Source: Octopus sinensis
Lineage: Eukaryota
DNA: 64,000 nucleotides
NCBI RefSeq assembly: GCF_006345805.1
Contig: NC_042997.1
Span: 169,384,001 to 169,448,000, forward strand
Direction: 5' to 3'
The number at the start of each line of letters is the position of its first letter. The stretch's first letter is position 1. The notes beneath the pieces are model-generated. The model had not been told where the DNA came from. It worked only from the letters and a program-made list of their open reading frames with translations, and did not search any database. The translations under genes and the position numbers were made by a program. Shown here one piece after another: positions 11,901 to 25,149 of this stretch.

Positions 11901-12657
11901 TCTCTTCACTCCTACTTACCTCCTCTCTTCATTGATACTACCCCCACACCTTGCTTGGCATTTTTTACAACATTGTAAAATTATTACCTTGCTTGGAAAT
12001 TGGTAAGAGCTAGTAACTAGAAGGGCATCCAACTATAGAAAATCTGCTTCAACAGATTCCATCTGACCCATGCAAATATGAAAAGCAAGGCATTAAATGA
12101 TGGTGATGATGATACTCAGTTAACTCAATTAACTTCACTTCTCTTCTAAAGCTTTATGTATGGCCTTGTGCCAATATAAGAAATTAATAATTTGTTTTAC
12201 ACAAATTAAATCTTTTGATTTAATTTGTGTGCTAAAACTAGGTGATATTCTTGATCTTATTTGAACTAAATATAGTTATGTAAGCAGAACATTTACAATT
12301 TTAATATCATAGTAAATAATTGAAAAATGTAGATAAATGAAAAATTACTATTATCATTATTATTACTATTATTTTAAAGTAGCAAGCTGGCAGAATCATT
12401 TGCACACTGGGCAAAATGCTTAGCGGCATTTTGCCCATTGCTACATTCTCAGTTCAAATTCCACCGAGGTTGACTTTGCCTTTCATCCTTTCAGGGTTGA
12501 TAAATTAAGTACCAGTGAAACACTGGGGCCGATGTAATTGAACAGTTCCCTCCCCACAAATTTCAGGCCTTGTACCTTTAGTAAAAAGGATTATTATTAT
12601 TGCTAGCTGAATTGTTACAGTGTTGTAAAACCTGCCTTGCAGTATTTCTTTTGCTAA

Positions 12658-13030
12658 GTCCAGTACAGTTGGAATTGAAATATCAAACCTTGCTGCTAAC
12701 TCACATGTACTCTGAGATGTATCTGCTTCCACTATAGTTTCCAACTCATCATTATCCACCTTGGTCTCATGTTTACCATGGGACTGATTTTCAAGAGTAA
12801 AGTCACCAAACCGGAACTTCTAAATTTATAGACATACAGTGCACTCAATCACCACATCTTCACCAAACAAACACCTTATTGATGTTTGGAGCTGTCTGGG
12901 ATGCATTGCTTCCACAACGGAACTCATATTCATAAACGACACAAATTTTTTATCTATCCATGGGTTCACAAAAAGTGATTTACAAGAGAAAACTCACAAT
13001 ATAATCAGACACCATGAATTGCACTTTGTA
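12658..13030 (-). mobile_element. Mariner transposase N-terminal remnant
   Basis: ...YEYEFRCGSNASQTA...KFRFGDFTLENQ...VDNDELETIVEADTSQSTCELAARFDISIPTVL, a mariner paired HTH domain with stops and frameshifts. Confidence 0.75.
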
Positions 13031-13954
13031 TATATATATATATATATATACATACAGGCATACATATCTATACATATAAATTGGACATGGGTGATTCTTT
13101 CTTGCCTTGGGATTCACGGTCAAATGGCTGGGTGGAATTGCGCAAAAAATTACACAGATATGTAGAATGATCCTGTGGTGCTGCTGGGCTTTGTATTTTT
13201 TCATAGCACCCATGGTAATCTACTATAATAATACTCTTGTGTTTATGAATGAGAAAGGAAAGGTTAATAGATGAATAAGGAAGGAAGGGGTGATGTCAAA
13301 CTTAGTAGTGGGATGATGAAAATAGTGTGCTGAAAAAATAAATCAAACAGCATTTCAACTCTGTGTGAATATGTGTGTGTATGTAAAAGGGGGGTATGTG
13401 AATGTGTGTGTGTGTGTGTGTACATGTGTGTGTATTTTTGTGTGTATGCATGTGTGCGTGTCTGCGTGCAATGGAAGAGGGATATTTTGTGAAGTCTTTC
13501 TTTGTAGTGTTTCAGTTATTTGTTTTTCAGTTCCAGATGGAATTTTTTTTTGGGGTTTTAAAATTTTGTGTAAAATCTCACATTGAGGTTGAGGTATTTA
13601 ATGTCTTTTAATTATTATTTTTTTTTTGTTTTTTGACCTTTGAAAATTTAAAAGATTTTTGACCTATCTTTTATTTCTTTTAATTTTTGTTTTATTTTTT
13701 ATGTTTGTTTCTGTTATTTTGCATCTTTATGTTCTGCATCTTTGTTCGCTTACTATTTGGGTTTATTTTTTAATTTGATTGAATCTTGGTTGGTCAGTTA
13801 TTTTTAGCGTTTTGACAGAAAAAAGTCATTCTAAAATTGTTTTTTAATGTAAGTATGCCCAAACAAGTCGAATGCTTACACAGAGCAGGTTTTACAGCCA
13901 CATCATCCAAACTGATCCGGTGAAACCGGGCTTAGCTGCTTGTATATTTATATA

Positions 13955-14455
13955 TATTGGATCCTCCCATAAATAATGCGCTTTTTTTTTCAATTGCATG
14001 AACTAAAAGTCAGAGGGGGACAGGATAAACTACCTGCATCAACTTGCTATAAAAGCATGTAGTAATTTTACCTTGTCCTTATTCTTAGTGCATGTTTTGA
14101 AGAGTACAGTTCGATTTTAACAGTTATTTTTTCAAAGCTATAATGGAAGTGACAAAGGAGCATATTCAGCATATTTTGCTTTATGAGTTTGATAAAGGCA
14201 ACGACATAATGAAAGTGCAAGGGATATCAATGCAGTATATGGGGATCGGACAACAAGCATAAGCCAGTGTCAATGGTGGTTCAAGAAATTTTGAGTCAGA
14301 AACTACTGCCTAGAAGATGAGCCTTGTCCTAGTAAATCTGTAGAGCTTGACAAAGACATCCTACAAACCCTGGTGGAACAAAATCCCATTGCATCTATTG
14401 AAGAACTAATAGAGAAGCTTGGATTTGGTCATCAAACATTTATTGACACCTGCAT
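13955..14455 (+). mobile_element. Mariner 5' remnant (left TIR plus N-terminal transposase)
   Basis: TA-TTGGATCCTCCCATAAATAATG end; ATG at 14143 gives MEVTKEHIQHILLYEFDKGN...INAVYGDRT...WWFKKF...LEDEP...LVEQNP. Confidence 0.75.
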
Positions 14456-14854
14456 TGAGTCACAGATGGATATGTATATATGTACATGAATAAACGATAA
14501 TATATATACATACTTGCATGTATCAGTGTATCTGTGTACATTTGTATTTGTGTATTTATCAATTCTATCCTGTTATATTTTATCTGGCATGTTTTTTTGG
14601 CTAGGAAGCAATCTCCTTCTATTTGATCTTAGGTTCCTTGCATTATCTTAAATTAATTACACTCTCAGCTTGACAAGAAGACTCTGGTTTTGTTGTTGAC
14701 AACTGCTTTAATTTATTTACATTACAACCATCTCTAGCTTCTATGAAATAAACAATGTGTCCATACTATTCTTTCCTGGACTTTTTACTATATTAATATA
14801 TTAATATAAAGTATATAAGTACTTTCTGTGACATATTTTTGTATTTGTTTTATT

Positions 14855-14908
14855 TACTTCCTGAAGTAGTGCTCATGAAGTTGTAGCTTTGAAACATATG
14901 TAAAGGAA
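14855..14908 (+). ncRNA. Degenerate minimal type I hammerhead motif (Penelope pLTR remnant)
   Basis: CTGAAGT...GAAA-CATATG-TA with palindromic helix III; A9 is mutated and helices I and II are poor. Confidence 0.4.
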
Positions 14909-15179
14909 TGACATAATTAAATTAATCGCCCTTGTTTTCCTTCTGTTATTGAATTCTTATATATACTCTATGAATTATACAACCTGTGAACCTTCATGAT
15001 ATGGTTATGTGTTTAGTAATATGACTACATTTTTTGGCTATGCTTAATTTTCATGCTCTTTAGAGAAACAATTGCACAAATAATAATATTAGTCTTTCTC
15101 TCCCTTCCTTTCTCCCACCTCTCTCTCTCTCTCTCTCCATATATATATATATATATATATATGTGTGTATGTATGTATA

Positions 15180-15440
15180 TGAGGGCACAAGGCTTAGTTG
15201 TTAGGATGTTGCACTGATGATCTAGTGGTCATGATTTCAATTACCAGACTGGGCAGTGCATTGTGTTCTTGAGTAAAACACTTCATCTCACATTGTTTTG
15301 CAATCACTTCAACACCTGACACGTGGTACACTGCACCTGTTCAGACAACGTCGATTTGGTGGAGAGATCAAGCTAATGTGCAGCACGAACACTTGATCAG
15401 TATAAACAAATCATTTGTGCAAGTCGTTCAACAGGATAGT
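15180..15440 (+). mobile_element. tRNA-derived SINE with GTGTTCTTGAG(C/T)AA(G/A)ACACTT core (Meta/V-SINE-like), degraded
   Basis: Degraded tRNA head; the core resembles the 50845-51180 copy. Confidence 0.55.
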
Positions 15441-15459
15441 CCATCACCATCATCATCAT

Positions 15460-15515
<56 letters not shown>

Positions 15516-15519
15516 GTAT

Positions 15520-15584
15520 ATATTTAGCAGAAGCATCAGAGTGACTCATGGTCCTTGAGTCACTCTGCTGCTTCTGCTAAATAT
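15520..15584. repeat. Hairpin with 29-bp arms (1 mismatch) and 7-nt loop
   Basis: ATATTTAGCAGAAGCATCAGAGTGACTCA / TGAGTCACTCTGCTGCTTCTGCTAAATAT, directly after (TA)n. Confidence 0.95.
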
Positions 15585-15644
15585 TAATAAAACATACACA
15601 TACTCATATTTTGAGTTCTATTTTTTCTGTTTGCACCATACCTA

Positions 15645-15690
<46 letters not shown>

Positions 15691-15694
<4 letters not shown>

Positions 15695-15916
15695 AAATAA
15701 TATGTGACAATTATTCAATAGCCAAGATAAAACTCTGAGTTTCGGATGCCGAGGTGGAAATCCACAACACCATCTCTTCGGTTATCTGGCCATCCAAAAC
15801 TCAGAGTTTTATCTTGGCTATTGAATAATTGTCACATATTATTTTACAGATAAATTTCCTCTATTTACATAATATTGAGGTCTCTTTCTTTCTTTTGTTA
15901 TCTTACCGTTTTTACC
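15691..15916. mobile_element. Penelope-type pLTR fragment with inverted partial copy (58-bp arms 15691-15748 / 15791-15848)
   Basis: Arms are 57/58 complementary; hammerhead on the minus strand; flanked by (TA)n on both sides. Confidence 0.75.
15721..15790 (-). ncRNA. Minimal type I hammerhead ribozyme with U4->C core lesion
   Basis: GCCAGATAA-CCGAAGA-GATG...CATCC-GAAA-CTCAGAG-TT-TTATCTTGGC: ~9-bp helix I with one bulge, palindromic helix III ACTC(A)GAGT. Confidence 0.6.
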
Positions 15917-15928
15917 AATATATATATA

Positions 15929-15988
<60 letters not shown>

Positions 15989-17339
15989 CATATCGTCAGT
16001 AAATCATAAATCTGAAAAAGAAACACACTCTAAGTTATAGAGCAGTACAGTATATAAATAAAGATATGGCCAGTCTATATGGTTACCCTGGATTTCATGT
16101 TCATAGAGCTCTTATCTTTACAGTATTTCTTCAGACCCTAGGCTTAAGGCCTCTCTACCAAGTGGCCTCTCAAGAGGGGTTGGGGTAGTTGAATGTTGGT
16201 GATTGTTATGGTGACCAAAGACATAAATAACTGACTAAAGACATAAATAATTTTGAAAAATTAATTAAATTGCTAAATATGGCAGGTAAGAAACAGCAGA
16301 GAGATAAAATGACCAAGTGGATAGAATTCCAAGAGGAAATAAAAATCTATAAAGAAGGTAAAATTGTTCAGTCAAAGATAATGTGTGTTAGAAACATGTT
16401 AATCTTCAGTTTGAACCATGTAAAAGTTTTCTTTTTCATTTGTGTGTGCATGTGTATATATATAATAATAATGAAATTATTGAATACAGTGCTCAGGTGC
16501 ACCACAACTTGTCAAAAGTGCGTATATAGTATATGCAGTAATGTACAAATGTCTGGAAAGGGAACAGTGTATGAATCATATACATGCTTGCATGTGTATG
16601 GAGGGGAGAAAATCAGGTGTAGTGTATGTGTGTATATGTATGTGTTCAACATAAATACAAAAGTAGAGTGAGAGATGGAGAATGGAGTATGAGGTGTTGA
16701 TAGAATGTCACTCGGTGATTCAATTAGACAACATATGGTTCTCTAATAGATGGTCAATATCTTCCTCTATGTGTAGTTGTTTTGTTGAAGAAAGAAGCTC
16801 CTGGATTTGATTCAAATATTTTGCTCCAAAAGTTAATTTAAGTTCTGATTGGTGAACAACAACCAATAAGATGTCAACGTAAAAATCAATCAGTGACCAG
16901 CTGAAAGCATGATCATGCTTTTGAACCACTCCTTGTGACAAAAATCTTAGTCAAATTCATGATGTCATCACAATTAATTCAGTAGAGCAGTGAGAAGTAT
17001 ACAGTTGGCAACATTAAAGAAAATATCATTGTTACATCATTTCATCTCATATTAACATCTACATTCCCATGGCCACATGAGCTGGAGGGAATTTGTTGAG
17101 GCAGATTTTCTCTGGCCAGATGCCCTTCTTGTCACCAACTCTCACCTATTTCCAAGTAAAGTAATATTTCCCTGTAGCCCAACATATTTGCATCGAAGAT
17201 TGCAAATGAAGATCACTGTGGTATGATTGTGACACTTGTTTACAACTATCATGCAATGTCAAGACAAGGAGACATCAATTCACACACACACACACATGTA
17301 TATGTACGCATAAATATACATATACATATATATATATAT

Positions 17340-17683
17340 CAAGTCTCGCCTGGCCCCCGTGCCAGTGGCACATAAAAAGCACCATCCGTTCGTGGCGGCT
17401 GTTGCCAGTGCTGCCGACTGGCCCCCGTGCCGGTGCCACGTAAAAGCACAATCCGCTCGTGTCCGTTTCCCAGCTCCGTCTGGCACCTGTGCGGGTGGCA
17501 CGTAAAAAGCACCCACTACACTCGCAGAGTGGTTGGTGTCAGGAAGGGCATTCAGCCGTAGAAACACTGCCAGATCAGACTGGGCCTGATGCAGCCTTCT
17601 GGCTTCACAGACCCCAGTTGAACCGTCCAACCCATGCTAGCATGGAAAACGGACGCTAAATGATGATGATGATGATGATGATG
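17340..17683 (+). mobile_element. RTE-LINE 3' tail copy with internal ~60-bp repeats and (GAT)n end
   Basis: Family match to 27300-27535, which is contiguous with the RTE ORF2 end. Confidence 0.8.
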
Positions 17684-17792
17684 ATATAAACAAATGAACA
17701 TGTGCATATATGTCTACACTATATATAATTATATATATATATACACATACATATACATACTTACATAAATATATATATGAATTATATATGCT

Positions 17793-17833
<41 letters not shown>

Positions 17834-18064
17834 TATACATATATGTATATATACATACAAATATATACAGATATATGTATGCATATATGTGTAGAAATTT
17901 TAATAATTTTAGAATTTTTTATCATATAGGATTTAATGCATCAGCCTTTAACTTAATTGTTCAAATTTATGTCATTAATTCCTTAATCCCTATGAAGGAA
18001 TGGATGGTATGAATTTAGCCCTTTTTATTTTTGATTATTTAAATTATGCTGACAATAACATGCA

Positions 18065-18363
18065 TCAGCAGTGTCCAGCCTTTCTTGTACCATGGACGGG
18101 TTTTATGCATGACAATTTTTCCAAGGACTGGGAGATCGCACACACATAATGAAACACAATAAAGTGCATAATACATAATTTAATTAATGCATATATAATA
18201 CAAATATATTACATATATAACATAAATAATGCAAAATACACTGCAGATTGCAATAGTCAATAAAACAGAAATAAAATTTTAAAATTTATTCAATATCTGC
18301 AGCTTGTTACCAAATGATCCGCAGCCTGGTACCAATCCATGCCCTGTGGTAGGGGATACCCAA
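18065..18363. mobile_element. Possible degraded hAT-type MITE
   Basis: CAGCAGTGTCCAGCC left end and GC-rich CCGCAGCCTGGTACC...GTGGTAGGGA right end resemble Charlie-type MITEs; TIRs are imperfect and no TSD was confirmed. Confidence 0.3.
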
Positions 18364-18427
18364 TATACCTAACTCTTTTTCTGTATGTAAACACTTATCT
18401 TCTGGTCTACAAGCTTAGTTAGATTGT

Positions 18428-18474
18428 ACAATACTGATGAGATTAAACAGACTGAAACATATGTCAGTTATTGT
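18428..18474 (+). ncRNA. Degenerate minimal type I hammerhead motif
   Basis: ACAATA-CTGATGA-G...-GAAA-CATATG-TC-AGT-TATTGT: intact core and palindromic helix III, weak helix II, 3-nt offset in helix I. Confidence 0.55.
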
Positions 18475-18729
18475 CCCTACAAAGATCAGATTGCCCTTTC
18501 CTTAAATGTGTAAATTAACTTACGAATTCAATTCTTAATTTCTTGAAATTATTTTCCTTTTTCTTTAAGAGTCACTAATAAATGCTAGTAGATTTGTGCT
18601 TTGTTCTCCAATTCAGAGATGAGTTTCAATAAATTAAGAAGGGTTCGTGCTCCCATCTAACTTAATTATCGAAATTCATGCCACTGGCTCATTTGAGTTA
18701 CTTCCCTTAACTCATTTAATATATGTTTG

Positions 18730-19090
18730 AAAGTGTATGCACACACACACACTCACACACATACACACACACACACACATGCACACATACACACACACAT
18801 GTACACTCATAAACACACATGCATCCACACACATGCTTACACACACATACACATACATGTATACACACATACACATGCAGACACACACACACTTGTACAC
18901 ACACATGCACATATACAAGCACATGAGTGTGTGCGCGTGCACACACGCACACACAAGAAACTATACATGTGTGTGTGTGCATGTGTTTGTCTGTTTGTGT
19001 GTGTCTTTTTCCTTATTTTTTTTTATCAATTTCAGCGTTTGGGTTGTGGCCATGCTGGGATACCACTTTTGAAAATGAGATAGATAGACC

Positions 19091-19173
<83 letters not shown>

Positions 19174-19317
19174 CGAGAGAGAGAGAAAAACAGACCAATA
19201 GACAGATATATGTATATGTGTGGATAGATATAATATATGTAATATATATATTATACATAATATATATTGCAAATATATATATATATATATATAAATTATG
19301 TATTTAAATTATATAAG

Positions 19318-19349
<32 letters not shown>

Positions 19350-19455
19350 CACATACATATATATAAATTATATGCATGTGTGTGTGTATATATATATATA
19401 AGTATATATAAAGAGAAAGAAAGTGAGATATATATATATATAAATAGATAGATAT

Positions 19456-19493
<38 letters not shown>

Positions 19494-19639
19494 GGATGGA
19501 TGGATGGATGGATGGATGGATGGATGGATGGATGGATGGATGGATGGATGGATAGATAGATAGATAGATAGATAGATGGATGGATGGATATATGGATGGA
19601 TGGATGGATAGATAGACAGACAGACTGACAGACAGAGAA

Positions 19640-19673
<34 letters not shown>

Positions 19674-19674
19674 T

Positions 19675-19713
<39 letters not shown>

Positions 19714-19830
19714 TGATTGATTGATTGATTGATTGATAGCTACGTAGATAGATAGACACAGAAACAAACATACTAACAGGCAGGCTGACAGACATACTGT
19801 CAGATAGGTAGACAGACAGATAGACAGCTA
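18730..19830. repeat. Compound microsatellites (CA)n, (GATA)n, (GGAT)n, (GACA)n, (GATT)n
   Basis: Visible directly. Confidence 0.95.
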
Positions 19831-22800
19831 TTTATGTTTATCAAAAAGATGCATTTCCAAAAATACAACCATTTCCTATTTTATCTATATGGATTATTTA
19901 TCTACTTCTTCACAGTTCAGTGAAATAATGTGTGCATAGGTTTCTCCAAGCAAAATGTTCTTCAAAAAATTCAGCTATATTGCATAAATATCTTTCAAAT
20001 ACTAACTATGCATCAACGATAAAGATCAAGCATAAAATTTGTGTGGGTGGAAAATGGTTGATAATAATATATAAACCATAAACTTAGAATGTGTAGAACT
20101 GAGCAGCTACTTTTCCTTTTATAAGTTCATCTAAGTACGGTTCTTTAGTAATGCATGTATTTTCAACATATGGAAAGATTTTAGAATTTCAGAAAAAAAT
20201 TTGATTGCTTACCTGTCATGTGCATGGTGTTCTGTGTAGTTGGTGTTGTTCTCCGTTAAGTGGTCTAAAGACCAACGTGAATTAATAAATGTGATGAAGA
20301 GAGAGTGTTGTTACTGCTGATGCCGACAATGAGGCTGCTCTTAATAGTGGTGGAATTATGTGTAGCAGGTTTTGCAAGCGACAGATTTATGTATGTGTGT
20401 ATGTATTATCAATTGGCTATTGTGTTGAAGATAGATGTAATAGTTTGGTTTTTTTTTTATATATATACCTATCTATGCAGAACTATTAGAATTTTACGCA
20501 GAATGCAGACTCTGATGGTTAAAAAGAAAGATTTACTGGAAGCTTGTGTGTTGTTGAAAAATATGCTTATCACCAGCCAGCAACAAGCTTGCCTAGGAGC
20601 ACTGACAATTGGATTTGTAAGTGAGGAAATCAATATAACAGCTACAGCAGTAGTGGTGGCATCAGTTGTAAAACAGCAGTAACAGCAGTAGCAGTAAAGC
20701 AACAGCAGCAGCAGTGGAAGCAATAAGAAAACAATAATACCAAAGCAAGTGAAAAGTGAAAAAGTATTACCAATTATTCAAAGAAATAAGTTGTTTTTTT
20801 TTTAAATTTGTTTTGATGTTTCAGGGGAAATAAATAAAAAAAACTTACAATAACAACAAAAAATAATGAAAGAAATAGAAACTAAGACAAAATAATATGG
20901 AAAGCATAAAATTGATACAACTCATTCAGATTTTTCTGTTTTATATCAAAAATATGGAAGAAAGTGTGTTAATTATTAGCTGATAATTGATCAATTATGC
21001 ATTGTTGTTTAGTTGTTTCAATTAATTATAATTTGGGAACAAACTTTTTTGGGGTTTTGCTTTTGTTTTCTAGCATTTTTGGTGGGGTTTTGTTATTTTC
21101 AATTTTAAGAATAAATAAGAGTACTATGCATGAAGAAATGAAATATTGTGACAGTAAATTATTTTAAAGTACTTTGTTGTGTCCTAATTGGTTAAAAGTT
21201 CAAATCTCATTTTGGCAACTTCGCTTTTCATTGTTTTAGGGGTCAATATAAGTAAGAATAATTCATAGGTATCTTTGAAAACAACTACACATCTTACTTT
21301 CAACAAATAATTACAACCTAAATAAAAATCAATTTTAACACAGGCCTTAAGACAGTGAACTATTGGAATTATTAAAGCATCAGGAAAAATGCATTGCAGT
21401 ATTTGGCTATGGTTCTTTATGTGCCCTGAGTTCAAATCTTGCTGTGGTCAACGTTTTCGTTCATCTTTCTGGGATTACAAAGATAAAATGCCAGTCAACT
21501 ACCTGAGCTGATTTAACTGACTAACCTCTCCACCAATTTTGTGATTTCACGCCAATATTATAAATTATTATAACTACAAAACATAATATTAATGTTTCTA
21601 ATTAAATATATATGAGAGCAAATATAAATGCAAAATATATTTTGAAGATGACATCAAACTGAGACCTATAATATTTTTAAAATATGCAGTCAGTAATTTG
21701 TTTATTTTCTTTTGTAGATTTTCCTGTCACAGACTGGAATTTATTCTATTTTCTTAATATGTGGATTGGTAGAATGGTCAGAGCATCCCATTAAATGCTT
21801 GCAGGATTTAGCTTTGTGTTCTGCCTTCAAATTCAAGTGAGATTAACTTTGCCTCTCATCCTTCCAGGGGTAATAAAATAATGCACTAGTCAAACACTGG
21901 CATCAATTTATATTCCTATAATACATCCTAAATGTGAACAGAACTATAATAGAAGCCACAAGGATAAAAATGTTCAAATGATATTGTTTTGAATAGGATT
22001 TCACTAATTTCATTACTTCAACTATTTATGGAATTTCTAGGAATTATGAGAACTTCCAAATAAACAAAATCTACAGCCTGGTTTCTATAGGGAATTGTGT
22101 TTCACTCAACCTATGCATATTATTAACATTCTTGCGAAAAATTTGAACATGGTAATTCCATTTCTTTATTGCTTGTTGTTGATAAAGTTGATAAACTAGT
22201 GGCACTAGGTTTGATCAAACCAGGATACCTAACCTCCAAACTTTGCCTGGTTTGCAGTAGCCTTGTCTGAACTCCCAGCTACCTTGTCTGAGCATTATCC
22301 AAGCTAACAAAATGTAATCTTATATGAACCTATACATAACCCATTCATTCCTTGTTTATGTTCTTACTTTTTCAATGTGATTTCACATTTTTCACAAAGT
22401 ACTTCCATAACAAACATCACAGATTTGTTGCAGTAGTACATTCGTTCAACATCAGTCTGTTAAACAGGAACCATCAATAATATCTTCCTTGGGTTTGTAC
22501 TTCCTTACTTCTTCCTTTTATTTTTGGAATCTATTAAATTTTTCAGGATATCTGTATTTCATTACATGTAGTTTCCCTAGAGGTGGCAGTTATTACAAGG
22601 AGATAATTTTTTTATAATATGGTGGGATTAGAAATTAGAACATGAAATTAAGGAATTATAGGGGGAAAGCGGTATACAATTCACATGTTTTATTTATTAT
22701 TTTTTTTCCCCCTTATTTTGAAGTTCAACCAATCATTTTTCAATTGACCAACAAGCATATTTCATTAACTTTGCTGCAACCCTTCATTTAACTCTGATTA

Positions 22801-23457
22801 ATACTGTTAATAATCCATTTATTTTTTATTAACATCTTTGTAAAGTTACTCAACTAACTTTCTTTACTCATTCATGTATCATTCATCTGCCATAATTATG
22901 TTATAGAAGTTCACATTTTGTTACCTTGTGTGCTAGCTTCTCATTTTGTCATGGTTATTACTCAGCTTATCCTATCATTATCTTCTTACATGAGGATTCC
23001 CCACTTCTTTTGTCTGCCAGTTAGTTGTAAACATATATGGTTATTAACACTTCTTTTGCCACCAGTTAAGCTTGAACTACTTTAACTTTCTAATTTATAT
23101 TGTCACCTAATATTTCTAATATTTTACTTTAATATACAACTATAGATGTATGGGCCGGTGGGACTTAGGAACTATATTTGTCCTTTAATTTAGGCAAAGT
23201 GCAGGTAAAAAATTACAACCAGACTGTATGATTGCTACAATAATCTTTTGGGAAGAGCTGGCTAGCTTCCTGATATTCAATGTTTCAGAAGAGATGCAAT
23301 TCAAATTGTGTGGGCTTCTGAGTATTATTTTAATATCCTCAGAAGATTGAAGTTTTATTTGTGCAATACTATGGAACAAGATTGTCTGAATCACTTGGCT
23401 CTGATTTGTACTGAATGAGTCTATGCAAATGCATTTATACATTATAATGTTCAAAAT

Positions 23458-23937
23458 CAAATTCGATGACTGGCATCCGTGCTAGCAGGGTGCAAAGAGC
23501 ACCATACTAGCGTGATCATTGACAGAGCAGCTAACTGGCTTCCATGCCAGTGGCACTTAAAGAGCACCATCCGAGCGTGATCATTGCCAGAGCAGCCAAC
23601 TGGCTTCCGTGCCAGTGGCACGTAAAAGGGCACCATTCAGGCATGATCGTTACCAACATCACCTTACTGGCACCTGTGCTGGTGGCATGTGTAAAAGGAT
23701 TCGAACAAGGTCGTTGCCAGAACCGCCTGACTGGCCCCCGTGCCGGTGGCACGTAAAAAGCACCCACTACACTCTCGGAGTGGTTGGCGTTAGGAAGGGC
23801 ATCCAGCTGTAGAAACTCTGCCAAATCAAGATTGGAGCCTGGTGCAGCCATCTGGTTCGCCAGCCCTCAGTCAAAATCGTCCAACCCATGCTAGCATGGA
23901 AAGCAGATGTTAAACGATGATGATGATGATGATGATG
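23458..23937 (+). mobile_element. RTE-LINE 3' tail copy with internal tandem units
   Basis: Family match; (GAT)n end. Confidence 0.8.
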
Positions 23938-24814
23938 AATGTTGTCACATTTACCAACATATTCAGCTTTAGAAAGCGTTTGTGACTTCTCTTGTTCTGA
24001 ACTCCTATTTATACCTTTTCATTGATATAATAATGATCTTTAAATATCAAACATTTATCATTTGAGCAAAAAGTTTTGCAATATATTTTGTGGTTATGAG
24101 GTTATGAGTTGGCGGAGTTGTTACCACACCAGACAAAATGTTTAATGGCATTTCTTCTGGTTCTTTACATTCTGAGTTCAAATTTCACCATCAGCTTTGC
24201 CTTTCATCCTTTCTGGGATCAACAAAATGAGTGCCAGTTGTGCACTGGGTGAATGTAATTAACTTTCCCTACCCTCAAAATTATTGGCCTTGTACCAAAT
24301 TTAGAATGAACTATTTTTGTGATTACACCAGCATTATAGTTTTAACATTACATTATTAATTAGTTTAACCAAATATACGATTTGGGGGGAATTTCTTCTT
24401 TTTTTTTTTCTTTCTTCAAACTATTTAAAAAATTCTACCTAAGATACTATCACCAAGAAAAAAAATCTCCTTAAACATCTGTGTGCACAACTGCTTTTAA
24501 TCTTTTTTTTTTTGTATGTTGCGTGGATAGTATGTACAACATACAGGGGTCATGTTATTACCTCTGTACAAGACACTCTGCATAATAAACAAAATATTGC
24601 TGCTTTTCAGGCTAATAAAACTTAATTGTTTTTCAGATGGGAAAAAATAATTACCTGATTGTAAAAATATTTATTTAATAAATATTATTTTTACAAGGAA
24701 ATTTAGCACTAAGTTGGTGACCCATTTGTTGAATGAGAATCATCAAAACTCAACATGAATTCATTTCAAACCCATTCACCACTACCACTACCCCTCCCCC
24801 ACTTCCACCCCCAT

Positions 24815-25110
24815 TTGGAGGCACAATGGCCCAGACTCGCAGTTGTAGGATCGAGGTTTTGATTCCCAGACCGGGCATGGTGAGTGTTTATTGAGCTAAA
24901 ACACCTAAAGCTCCACAAGGGTCCAGCAGGGGGTAGTGGCAATCCCTGCTGTACTCTTACACCGCAACTTTCTTTCACTCTTTCTTCTGTTGGCCTGCTC
25001 ACTTAGCCAGCAGAGTGGCGTAATTTGAAGGCTAAAACAATGCGAAGCACATTGTAACCAGCGATGTATAGCAACATTTGATAGCCTGGTCGGTCATGGT
25101 GATCACGTTG
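24815..25110 (+). mobile_element. Probable tRNA-derived SINE, further family
   Basis: GGAGGCACAATGGCCCAG A-box-like start, degenerate B box (GGTTTTGATTCCC) and GC-richer body; single copy in the window. Confidence 0.45.
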
Positions 25111-25149
25111 ATATATATTTATATATATATATATATATGTGTATATAAT

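Noticed and set aside
16720-16941. 73-aa minus ORF (...FGAKYLNQIQELL...)
   Set aside because: No recognisable domain or convincing splice sites.
20469-20723. Signal-peptide-like ORF MLPLLLLLLYC...
   Set aside because: The start codon is TTG and the Leu run comes from a (CTG)n repeat.
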